From Chiloscyllium plagiosum (Eukaryota), in NCBI RefSeq assembly GCF_004010195.1, contig NC_057718.1:83028215-83092214 (forward strand): a DNA stretch of 64,000 nt, given 5' to 3'. This document shows, piece by piece, positions 25,695 through 37,500 of this stretch. Both the position numbers and the translations under genes were made by a program. Position 1 is the stretch's first letter; each line of letters opens with the position of its first letter. The notes under the pieces are model-generated. The model ran no database searches. It worked only from the letters and a program-made list of their open reading frames with translations, and had not been told where the DNA came from.

Positions 25695-25940
25695 TGACCA
25701 TTAGAGTTTGGAGCAGAATTATGCCATTCTGCCCATAATGGTCTGCTCTACCACTCAATCATGACTCAAATGTTTCTCAACCACATTTTCCTGCTTTCTC
25801 CCCATTACCCTTAATAATCAAGAACCTATCTCTCACTGGCTTAAGACACTAATGACTTGGCCTCCACAGCCCTCTGCAGCAATGAGTTCCACTGATACAC
25901 CATCCTCTGGCTAAAGAAATTCTTCCTCAGCTCAGTTCAC
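25695..25940 (-). mobile_element. CR1 3' fragment
   Basis: The reverse complement carries the CR1 3' end (GAAGAATTTCTT..GTGGAACTCATTG..GCTGTGGAGGCCAAGTC). Confidence 0.65.
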
Positions 25941-26809
25941 TTGAGGACTGTTAACCGTAATTCTATTCTGGGGATAACTTCTCCATTTGAGTGTTGTTTG
26001 ACTTTTGGATATTCGTCATGGAGGATCTTGTTCCTCGTAGGCTTTATCATCGGTCCATTACTTTATCTGATGACCTTTCATTGCTTGAAGTTCTTTTGTA
26101 GAGCAGCACCTTCCTGCTAGCTCAGGTAGTTATATGTTCCATAACATCATCTGGAGAACATTCAACCTGATAAATGTCCATCATGGAAGACAGTCATTCT
26201 TCGAAAGAAGTACCATCTTACTTGGAGTATCTCTCTGATAAGAACAGGTTCTCTCTTCCTAATATCCTCGATGCTTAGGCAGGTAATTGCTTCATCTTGA
26301 CCATATTCTGATGACACAAATCTGGATCACATGGAGTCATTAACAGCTTATCTCCTCCAATTTGTTGTTCGAGTTTGATATCTCTAGTTGTGGTTGTTTG
26401 ACTCTGGGATTACAGAGTCACTCCCAGAGAAATATCATTCCCATCTCACGTTTTAAATCATTACATAACATACTCTCCCAGTCTATTTTTAATGGATTGT
26501 GGATGTAGTTTATGTTTTCTTTCCAAGTCCATGAAACTCTTACAATTCTGATGGGCTTAAGTATTTTTAGGTCTAAGGACTTTAAAATTTCTATCAAAGC
26601 TCTCCCAGCTTGGAAGTTGCACAGACTAGAAAAGTAATTCCCCCGAACTAAACTGAGAAACCAGGTTTTCTTGCTGTGGGGCTTAAATGGTCTTGTCTGA
26701 ATTGAAAAACACAGATTCTTCTGAATTGAGACTTTAAACCTTAACTTCTGAAGTCAAAACTAACTTAATATCTTTAATATATTTCCCTATCCATCATAAA
26801 CATATAGGG

Positions 26810-26965
26810 TAGGAATTCTACCATCCTTATTCTGTCTGGCCTACCTGTAACTCCAGACCAACAGCAAGGTAGTCAACTCTTAATTGCCCTCTGGACAATT
26901 AAAGATGGGCAATATATGCTGGCCCAGCCAGGGTCACCCCCAAAACCATGGATGAATAGAAAAAA
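26810..26965 (+). mobile_element. SINE 3' part sharing a tail with the LINE at 3497-4575 (a second copy lies at about 56605-56775)
   Basis: CCATCCTTATTCTGTCTGGCCTACCTGTAACTCCAGAC..GATGGGCAATATATGCTGGCC..ATGGATGAATAGAAAAAA. Confidence 0.55.
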
Positions 26966-28299
26966 GGCCTTGACGAAGGTCACAATCCAATCTTCACAAA
27001 ATATTCAGAAACTGATCCATATATGCCACCTAGAGCTGGATTTTCCCTGGTGTGGCAAATTCATTAGACAGGCACTCTGCTCTTTCTATTATACACAACT
27101 AAAGAGCAGGATATTTCTGACAGGAAGTTTTTCTGAGCAGAGCTCCTTCAGAGATATGAAGCAGTATTTCCATTTCCTCATACATCAGAATTATCAGGGA
27201 AGGCTAATCATACCCCATTTTTCACACAGTCAACTGCCATTTTTTGATGATCTTAACAGTGAGATGAGCCTCACTATATTTGTCACTTAATTCTGACACA
27301 CAGTTGACCACAGCCCACATCCCTCCAACCTAAGAACCTGCTTAAAATATTTCTATATAATATTTAGCTGTAATAAATATTAATTGGATTCTTCAATTTC
27401 ACAATATCTGCATCCAATGCCTTATAATATACGAGATAACATGAACATTAGAATCAGCTAAAAGTATCCTGCTACAGCATATCCTGCAAAATATATCCTG
27501 CATAAGCTTATGCCTGAAACGTTGACTCACCAGCTCCTTGGATGCTGCTGACCCACTGTGCTTTTCCAGCACCAGACTTTTCCACTCTCACTACTAGATC
27601 TGGCATGTTTCCTTGAAATGCTTGAGGGCTAGGGAATAAAGTGGGCTGCTGAAAACTTAGATGAATTGGGGGAATTTGGGGTAAGTGCTAAGTACATAGA
27701 TTTAACAGGGAATAAAACCATGAAGGGCATATGCACATTTGGGGATTCTCCAAGCCTTAAGAAACTGAGTTTGAAATTCACTCTTCAAGGAGTGACTGCT
27801 GTTACCTTTTCATTGTGCTGTAAATAACAAATGTGCAATGGAGAGGAAAATAGCTGTGATTACACCTGGGTGGGTGGGTGAGGGCTTCATTCTGAAAGGG
27901 AGGGGCTTCAATTTTGATCAATGTGAAGCATTTTAAAAGACAATACTATTTTGCAGACACACATACACTGAAGCTGAAATATACAAATCGTACACACTTT
28001 GTGAATCTTTGCCCAACTGGATGCAGTCCAAACCTTAGCCTTATGTATTCTTTACCATACCATACAGGTATTACTTAATTCCACTAATGCAACAGTTATG
28101 TTTGTTTGTTTGGAAAGATGAAGCCTAGATGCCATAGTAGCAATCCCCTAGCCAGCAGGGACAGCTCACTTTATACCTTGGCGAATGGAACATCACATAG
28201 TACAAAGCATGAATGAACTTGTTACAATGCTGTTATCGCAGTTAGACAGATTATCATACGGCTGATGGCATAAAGTGTTCATATTTACAAACATAAAAA

Positions 28300-29750
28300 C
28301 TTACTGCCTCACCTGTGTCATCTGTATGCCTCGATCTGGGTTCCACTGTTGAGGTGGAGTTGTCTGCCCTACAATGGAACCTGTTGGCTTTACAGGTTTG
28401 GTTGAGTAACTCCAGGAGCATTTAAGGCTCGAGGGCCCAAATATCCTCTGCAGGTATACCTTCCTCAGCTGTACCTGAGAGTGCCAGGCACATCTAGAGA
28501 GTCCAGAGAAGAACCATACATGTCTCTGGTTCCTTCTCCAGTTAGATGCCTACAGGCACTGCCTTCCTCCTTTTGGGGGAAGGAGAGTCTGGTGTTGAGA
28601 TCAGAGTCCCTTATTCCCTCCTCCACCTTGCTGCTGGTGTTAAGTGCCAATGTTAGAATGATACAGTACAGGTCGGTTGGTCTATTGAATGCACAGAATG
28701 CAAGCTGTCAAGTTTGCTGTGGAGACAGTCAGACGCTTGCATACCAGAGGTAGCAGGGTCCTAGCTGCATAGCTTCAGCCTTCGAGTTAGATTGCTCAGT
28801 GTTCCCAAAAAAAACCTACCTACTGATCCTGTATCCACCTGTCTATCTGTAAAATTGTTTACATCACAGGATCCTCCCCTGCCTGGAACTGAGCAGGTGC
28901 TTGGGCTCCAGCAGCCCTCCAAGTGTCAGCAATCTGAGATGTTTCTTTCACTGCCTGCTGTGTAGACATGGCAGGGGCATACTCATCTGCAGGTACTACT
29001 AACTCTGATCTCAGTAAAATACAGGTACAAGTATCTGAGCTGATGGGGAGTTCTGCAGGCAGCCTTGCCAATGCTTCAGCTAAATCATTTGGGCTTTCGT
29101 CCTCTGAAGGGGAGAGGGTGGCATGTTTTGCAGGGTGACTCTCTTGACCACAGCAACCACCGGTGCCTGCAGGAAACTAAACAGAACATCACAACTCAGA
29201 TTAAAATCATAGAGGGTGATGGGAGTAACTAATAGTTTATAACAGTAAACAATATTTTGTACTCGGTTATTGGACGTAGAACTTTTAGCATCTCCACGAT
29301 AAGATTCCAGCATTCACTTGCTGTGGTGAGGAGATGAATTTCTACCAGCAGCCTAGTTCTTTTAGCTGTTATACATTTTTTATATAATAAGAGAAATAGA
29401 GGGATTGAGTGAGATGAAAGGGGGTGCCACTGATGTTAATGCTGGGATAGGTGGGGGAAAGGTAGTGAGTTGTCCTGAGTCGGTCAGCAGGAGACATGCA
29501 GGATCAGAGTGCAGGATGTTGGGTAGGTGAGAATGAGGGAGGCTGCCAGGGTCTAGTGTCATGGCTAACTTTGTCCCTGAGGGAAGTGGAAGTCCTTCCT
29601 CTACATTACCCCATCCATCTGAACCTCATTCCCTGTCAGCAAAACTGAGCACCAATTTCCCCTGGACTGCCAAATCCAGGGTAAATTTATGCCACTATAT
29701 GGGCCTTTCTCTGCTATCAGTGCTTGGCCATTGTGCATTAGCCTTTTAAA
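28300..29750 (-). mobile_element. Probable ancient Harbinger Myb-like accessory gene remnant
   Basis: Minus-strand KLVLSFADRE..DG near 29620-29665 resembles the Harbinger Myb N-terminus. Organisation is similar to 8600-10130 and it is heavily decayed. Confidence 0.35.
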
Positions 29751-30737
29751 TACAATGCAGATACCAGATGCCTGCATATCCCAGCAGAGTGAACACTTCT
29801 GACTACAATGAGTAGGAGAATTGGGCTAGCATCGGACAAGAGGGACATTTAAGAGACTGCTGGACATGCATATGGTCACAGAAATTTGAGGGTGCATACA
29901 TGAGGATCAATGGTTGGCACAACATCGTGGGCTGAAGGGCCTGTTCTGTGCTGTACTGTTTTATTTCTAAGAGGAGTGATAAGGGTGTGATAGTTAGAGA
30001 TGAGTTTGGGATTATTGTGCAAGAAACCTCGTTAGGCCTCGCTGGTAGAAAACCAATAAAACTTGATGAAAATAATACAGCCAAAGTATTGGAAAATTGA
30101 GCTCTAAGAGTCTATTAATTTTATGTTTTGATAAATCTTTGATTAATGGCCAGCGTAAACTCCACACATAACACTCAGCTTTGCTATCTTTATCCCAGGA
30201 AAAGTCCCCTGCCCAGTATGATTCAATTTGGAACTTTCCAGAAGCTTGAGATAGACTGTATTGCACAAGTAAAGGTGAACTGACTCTTAGCAGTTGGAGC
30301 CATTTCTTCAATGCCCATTTTAAAATGTAGCAGTCAAAGTGACATCTAAAGTAAAGAGGTGGGATATGCTTTGACTTGGCTTGGCTTTTGCTTTTTCATT
30401 TCCCCTCTATATTCAGCCTACTCTCTTACGTATTATTCTGTTGTCAACTTGTCATCTGCTGTAGCAGACTTTTTTTCACATTGCTCTATATCCTTTTTGT
30501 CATCAAGGGATCCTTGGAGTTGTTTTCCTGATCTTTCCCCTCCGTGTACAGATCTTGACTGTGCCTGATCTATCGCCTACTTTAAAGACAATCTACTGTT
30601 CAGTCACCATTTTACTTCCCACCCTTGATTCCAATTTATCTGGTCCAGATCGTTGTTACCTAATTGAAATTGGCTCTCCCACAATTAATAATTCTTACTT
30701 TGGATTGTCTTTTTACTCTTTTACTTAGACAACCGAA

Positions 30738-31830
30738 ACATAGAAAATAGGGCCAGGAGTAGTCATTTCAATCCTTAACGCTCCTTCACTATTCAATCTG
30801 ATCTCGGCTGATAATCCAACTTGGTGCTCTCTTCCTGCCTTTCTCACCACACAGTTTGATTCCTTTAGTCCCAAAAGACCTCCCACTGAAGACATTCAGT
30901 GTTTTGATCTCAACTGTTTACTGTGGCAGATAGTTCTACATGCCCATGACTCTCTGAGTGAAGAAATTTCTCTTCATCTCAGTCCTACATGGCCTACCCG
31001 ATATCCTTGGATGATGACTCCATGCTCTAGACTTCCTGGTTATTGGGATCATCATTCGCATTTACCTTGTTTACTCCTATGAGATCTCTGCCCCCAGCAC
31101 CACTTCTTCTGAACTCCAGTGAATATAGTCCATTCTGATTCAGTCTGTCTCCATACATCAGTCCTGCCACCCCAGGAATCTGTTTGCTAAACCTTTATGA
31201 CACTTCCTCCAAAGCCAGAACATACTTCCTCAGGTAAGTAGAGCAACATTGCACACCAATACTCCAGACGTGGTTAGACGAAGGCCCTGGAAACCTGCAG
31301 CAGGAGATCTCTATTCCTGTAATCGAGTCCTGCTACTATGAAGGCAACATACCACTTGCTGCCTTCCCCACCTACTGAACCTAAATACATACTTTTAGTA
31401 ACTGGTGTACAAAGACACTCTGGTCTTCTTGAGCCTTCCCCTTTACCCTCGTGTTTTACTGTTCAATGTGCCTTCTTATTTTTGTTACCAGAAGGAGATA
31501 ACCTTATATTTTACTTCAGCTCCATGCATTTGCCCACTTACTTAACTTGTCCAAATCAATCTGAAGCATCTCTGCATTCTCCACAGATCACACTTCCACC
31601 CAGCTTTGTGCCATCTACAAACCTGGAGGGATTACATATAATTGCCTCATCTTAATCATTAATATATATTTGTTAATAGCTGGGGGACTAGGCATTGATC
31701 CCATTGGTACCCGACTGGTCACTGTCCGCAACTCAGAAAATGATCCATTTATTCCTACTCTATTTTTTCTATCTGTCAATCAGTTCTCTATCCATGTTGC
31801 GCTACCCTCAACTCCATGCACTTTCATTTT
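30738..31830 (-). mobile_element. Older CR1 LINE 3' portion
   Basis: The reverse complement contains degenerate SG(V)P(Q)GSMLVP and FVDGTKLGG motifs and a CR1 3' end at about 30740. Confidence 0.75.
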
Positions 31831-31835
31831 ATAGA

Positions 31836-32610
31836 GAAAACTAGAGGGCATAGGTTTAAGGTGAGAGGGGAAAGATTTAAAAGGGAGCTGAGGGGCAACT
31901 TTTTCCTGCAGAGGGTGGTGCATCTCTGTAGCGTTGGGTCAAAATATTGAAACTTCCTCCAGTACTGGCATTGTAGATCTACCTATGGCACGTGGACTGC
32001 GGTGGTTCAAGAGGGCAGAGAGCCACCATTAATCAAAGACAACTAGGGATGGGCAACAAATCTTGGCAGAGCCAGTGATGCCCACATCATATGAGGGAAT
32101 TAAAAAATGTGGAAGAGATCGTCATTCCAGAGTCGGGCTCCTGAGTCATACCGGCTCAACACAAAGTGGACCCACCCAAGGTGCCACATGAAACAGGAAG
32201 GCTGACAAAATCAGTAAATGGGATACTGAGGAACCTTGATTATGGGCGAGCAGTATTTCGATCAGTTAATCGAATTCCGGATAATTGAATACTGGGTAAC
32301 AGTTTAGCCGAGCATCAGAGTCTTGTGATCTTGCCGGATAATTAGATATCTGGATAATCGAGGTTCCTCTGTATTCAGCGGAGGGAATATGAGATATTTA
32401 AACGTAATAGAAAGTAAATGGAATGAGCTGCCAGAGGAAGTGGTAGAGGTGGATACATATACAATATTTAAAGGACATTCGCACAGGTACTTGGATAGGA
32501 AAGGTTTAGAGGGATGTGGGCCAAATGCAGGTAAATGGGACTAGTTCAGCTCAGCTGGTTGATATGGACGAGTTGGGCCACAGTTGTTTCTGTGCTGTAT
32601 GATTCTATGA
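31836..32610 (+). mobile_element. HER1/CR1 3' end split by an insertion at about 31923-32417
   Basis: ACTAGAGGGCATAGGTTTAAGGTGAGAGG..CAGAGGGTGGTGCA stops at 31922. It resumes with ATGGAATGAGCTGCCAGAGG at about 32418 and ends TATGATTCTATGA. Confidence 0.85.
32226..32371. mobile_element. Tc1/mariner (pogo/Tigger-like) MITE with TA TSD
   Basis: TA|CTGAGGAACCTTGATTAT ... ATAATCGAGGTTCCTCTG|TA terminal inverted repeats. It is absent from the paralogous copy at about 33845. Confidence 0.85.
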
Positions 32611-33300
32611 AAGAGAGCAACCTGTGAAATCTAACTGCAAATCTACCAGGACCTGCAAGTACAGCACACTCCTTTACACTGCTGATAACTGGAGTACATA
32701 TGTTCAGCTGCAGAAAAGACTGTTACCATCAGTAATCCAGACATATCTCAGCATTCCATGGCAGGACATGATCACCAACTTAGATCTATTTGATTAATCT
32801 GAGATTAATTCCATACACTCATTTCTAAGGCACAATGTCTGTGCTAGCTTACCACGCTTATGGAATGAACAACTGCTACACATTGAAAGACCTTCTCTGC
32901 AGTGAACTGGCCTCTGGATTCACAACATCATGAGTATCCACACTTTCACTTCAAGGATATCCACATGTCAGGTACAAAGGTGGTGGATATTGACATGGAT
33001 AATTCAGTCACTTCTGCCTGTGACCTCTGGAGGCTAACTGTTGGGAAGAATATTGGAAGGGGCAAATGGAAATAAGAAATCCAGCTGGCCAACTAAAGCA
33101 TCCAGAGAGAACAGAGATCAGAGAACTGTGCAGCTTCTCAGTCCACTGTCTTCCTCTGTAGCATTGAGTCAAAATATTGAAACTCCCTCCAGTATTGGCA
33201 TTGTGGGTCTACCTCTGGTACATAGACATCTAACTATTCAAGGATGCAGTTCACCACCATTTATTCAAAGACAACTAAGGATGGGCAATAAATGCTGGCA

Positions 33301-33677
33301 AAAACAATGACTGCAGATGCTGGAAACCAGATTCTAGATTAGAGTGGTGCTGGAAAAGCACAGCAGTTCAGACAACATCCAAGGAGCAGGAAAATCAACG
33401 TTTCGGGCAAAAGCCCTTCATCAGGAATACAGGCTGGCAGTCGAGAGTGAGTTGCTGGTAAAGCACAGCAGGTCAGGCAGCATCCGAGGAGCAGGAGAAT
33501 TGATGTCTCGGGCAAAAGCCCTTTTATCAGGCATTAGCTCATTCCTCATTCGTGATGAAGGGCTTTTGCCTGAAACGTTGACTCTCCTGCTCCTCGGTTG
33601 CTGCTTGACTTGCTGTGCTTTTCCAGCACCACACGCTCGACTCTAATCTTCAGCATCTACAATCCTCACTTTCGCCT
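33301..33677. mobile_element. Non-coding mini-Penelope made of three pLTR modules (two tandem minus, one plus), 14-bp TSD
   Basis: TSD AATAAATGCTGGCA at 33287-33300 and 33678-33691. Hammerhead-like cores at about 33397-33425 (-), 33503-33531 (-) and 33551-33580 (+). Confidence 0.88.
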
Positions 33678-34549
33678 AATAAATGCTGGCAGAGCCAGTG
33701 ATGCCCACATCCTATAAGTGAACAAAACATGTGGAAGAGTGCCATTCCAGAGTCGGGCTCCTGAGTCATACCAGCTCAACACAAAGTGGACCCACCCAAG
33801 GTCCAATTCATCATCTTACGAAACAGGAAGGCTGACAAAATCAAAGAATATTCAGTGTAGGCAATATGAGACATATAAATGTAGCAATTCCACAGTAATT
33901 GTGTAATTCAATTAATGGTTTGTTATGAAGCTAATTGAGTTGGTAACACATCAAACAGAATCACTTCAAAAATCAAAGGTTAATTAAGATTTCAGCCTTG
34001 TTTATGAAATTACGTCCTTTAAAGGTTATTTCAATTAGGTCAACAGTTCAGTTGTTTAATCTAACATGAAAAATACAGCATTTAATATTTCTTTCCACAC
34101 AGACTTAATGTATGGCTTAGCAGAAGCAAAATGTTTAACTGTGGATACAGCCCAATACATACTGTTGTGTTCAGCCAGTTAAGATGACATCAGCTGAGTC
34201 AGTGATCTGAAACTTCCCCTTTTGGATTTGTATGAAACTCTATGGTATTTATACTTTGAGTCTGGCAGGAACTGGCTTTGTGCAATCAACCAAATTGAGG
34301 AGAAAACAAAACAAAATATATGCCAAATGCTTATTTTGAGGGGCAGTAAAATACCTTAGCAAATATTTGGAGGAAGATTGCAATATCCAAATTGATGATG
34401 TGATATTTTTGAGAATAAAAGCACAAGAATAACTTGTTACAATTCAATTGATTTAAACACTAATTTTCAAGTTGTTTTGTAATACATGCAGGCATAATGC
34501 AACGTGAATAAATCTTGCAAAATAACAGACTCTGAGAAATGAAATATGT

Positions 34550-37500
34550 TGGCAGTAAGAGAGTGGGCTGCCTCGGCCTGCCCACTCTCTTACTGCTGCC
34601 TGGGCCTGTCTAATCTCCTGCTGCCTGGACCTGCTTCCTCTCCTGCTGCCTGGGCCTGCTTGTCTCTCGTACTTCCAGGGCCTGCCTGCCTCTCCTGCTG
34701 CTGCCTGGGCCTGCCCTCACTACTGCTGCCTTGGGCCCCAACCACACCTGGGACTGTTGCTGCTGCTGCTGCTGCCTGGGCATACCCTTTCTGCTTTGCC
34801 TTAGGCCCCACCAATACTGAAGACTGTTGCTACTACTGCCCAGACCTTCCAGTGTTGTGATCACCAATGTCACCTGAGGCCCACACAGAGGAAGACCACC
34901 TGGGACCACCCAACAGTACACCTTGGCTAGCCCAAAAGTGGCAGGCCCTAGCCACACTTATGCCGGGGTAGCTGCTGTCTTAGACACAGCTGCTCCAACC
35001 CCAACCCACTTCAGGCATCTAACCAAATGCATGGGGGTAAAGACCTATCCCCATCCCAACATAACTATCCAGGCCCGCAGTAAGGCCATGGCTAGTGTGG
35101 TTGGCTCACTGGCCATCGTCGCTGCGGCCAGAATGTACAGGAAGACCGTTTTCTTCCTAAAGACCAAGCAGGCAGTCCACCTGGTCATGGAGAAGAGCCT
35201 CACTGTCGGCGGGACAGACCTTCCTGTCAACCAATTGGAGGTCACGGCCTAGAAGTTCTTGATCTCCAACATCCCGCAGTTTATTGCCAGAAGGCTCCTC
35301 CTCCCCCATCTCCAAACTCTGGGGGAAATCCGGTCAGGGGGCCGACTGCTTCAGCTCGGTCTGAAGGACCCTGCCCTCAAACACTTGTACACCTTCAGCG
35401 CCAGGTGTTCATTTGCCTGGCCTGGAAGGAGGTCACCAAGGGCTCCTTTACCTTCCTCCATGAGGGCGCGCCTATCGCGTCTTCTGAGCAGGGTGCAGTA
35501 CCATTTGAGCCACGAGGTGGGACACATTAGAAAGAACTGTCCCACCCCAGAAGGCTGCCCAGCCTACACCAGCAGTCACGGGTGGCACTGCCGCACCCGC
35601 TCCCCCTAACCCTAAGACAACAACAGAGACCCCGTCAAGGGGGTCAAAGCTCGGGGCTGCTAGTGCCTTGGCTTCTGGTGGGGAGGGAGGTGAGCATCTG
35701 GTCAGATGGAGCGGACGGGGGAAGACACATCACAATGAGCCCACCCCCGTGGATGTAGCCCCATTCCCCCACTCCCTCAGAATTCGACCCTTGACCTACC
35801 CCACCCTGGCACAATAATGCCCCTGCGGCCACACCAACATCATCCCAGCGTGTGAACCCTGACCCCTGATTCCACACCAAAACCCCACCCCAGTTCTCAA
35901 CCCCTGGGGCATCTATGCCTGACCGTCAACCTGTGACACCTGGCCCTGGAATCCCTGAGCCCGAACCCTGCCCCAGTTCTGACCCAAATGACCTCGGGGT
36001 GTCTGCTGCTGCCCTCCATCCAGCCCCGCCCACCATCACCTGATCACCCAGGGGCACAGCAGGAAGTGACACAACTGGCTTTTGCTGCCCTCGCCATGCC
36101 CCATGCCTTACCCCAGCCAATCATCTTCATGGAGAAACTGGAGTGAGGGGCCTCAGGCCCCAGGATCTCCAGGGCGGGTGCCTGCCACAACCACAGTTTC
36201 CTCTGGGAAGAGGCGCTATCCCCAGGAGGGGGAGGACCTCCCTGTGGCACACCGAGGGCACTGCCCCTCCCCAGGGGGTGAGCCCATGGAGCTTCCTGGC
36301 TTTCCCGCAACGTGGCCTGATCTTCCCAGTGTCCCGTGGGTTGTAGAAGGCTCCCCTGCTGTCACCATCCCATCTGCCCCAGGGATGAGCTAAATCCCCA
36401 CGTGGGCGGAGGTGTGGGCTGTGCTGGTTTTAACCCTGCACAGCCATCGAGCGGTGGAGGGGAGGAGGGTGTTATCCCTACACCTCCCTCCCAGACTGTT
36501 TTCCCTAACGCCTTGACCCTGGGGAAGGATCTTTTCCCTGAGGAGCCGGATGTCCCGTTGGCCGGGACCTGAGCCTCTGCCGCCTGATGATCCAACCTCG
36601 GAGCATTCTGGGAAGGGGTGCACTGAGGAAGTTCCCATCGGTGACCCTGGTGGGTGGGGGTCGCTGGGGGTTTGAGGCCAGTTGGTGGTGTCTGACCAGC
36701 CCTCCCTCTCACGGTGGGGGAGGGGCCAGTGACCAAGGGAGACTACACAGAGGAGGGTTCGAGTTCGGTGGTTGGTACTGGGGATGATCCGGAGTCTATC
36801 TCCAGTCAAGTTTTTGACTCCCAGGTACCCACCAACGGGATCCCCCTCATCCCCCCTCGAGGAACTTCAGGAATTTGTCGAGGAAAGTCACAGTTGCTGA
36901 GATAGAGCCTACTTGGCACTGGACTGCTGGAGCTCCTTCAAGCTGGTTTGCTGGTCGGCCCAGGCTGCCCGCCAAGCACCTGGCCTGGACATAAATGAGC
37001 AAAAGCAGGTCAGGAACTTCCTGGGTGCACTCCTGGTGAGGGCGAGGGAATTCTGCGCCCCTCCCTCATCTGCCCAGTAAATGTATATAGTTTTTAACTG
37101 TACTGGTGGTGGTTGCACAATACTGCTGACATGAAGACAACTATAGCCAGCCTCAACATCAATAGCAGCAGGGAGTCACAGCACAGATTCCAGAACCTCT
37201 CGGTCCTTCGGGACGGAGGTATGCGGTGTGTTTCCTGCAAGAAATCTACACTACCCCGGGAGACGAAGCCACCTGGCTCTGGAGTGGCAAGGGGGAGGTC
37301 TACATGGTGACTCACCCGCAGATCTGGCGGGGTGGCTATCTTGTTGGCCCCAAATTTTCAGCCGGAGATCTTGGGGGTCAGGGAGCCTGTGCCAGGCCAA
37401 TTGCTTCACCTGACGGTTCGGCTGGGGGGACACGGTGCTCCACTTTGTGAACGTCTACACTCCCCTGGCCGGGCCGAGTCAAGCGAGCTTCTTCGGAAAA

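Noticed and set aside
24340..26430. Traces of very old LINE RT sequence (24340-25010 and 25990-26430)
   Set aside because: Too degraded to assign family or boundaries by eye.
34565..34850. Regularly spaced repeats resembling a CRISPR array
   Set aside because: The units are degenerate and low-complexity, lack unique fixed-length spacers, and have no cas genes. The context is vertebrate.
34546..34957. Gln/Ala/Cys-rich ORFs on both strands
   Set aside because: They are produced by the CTG-rich tandem repeat at the Tx1 5' end.
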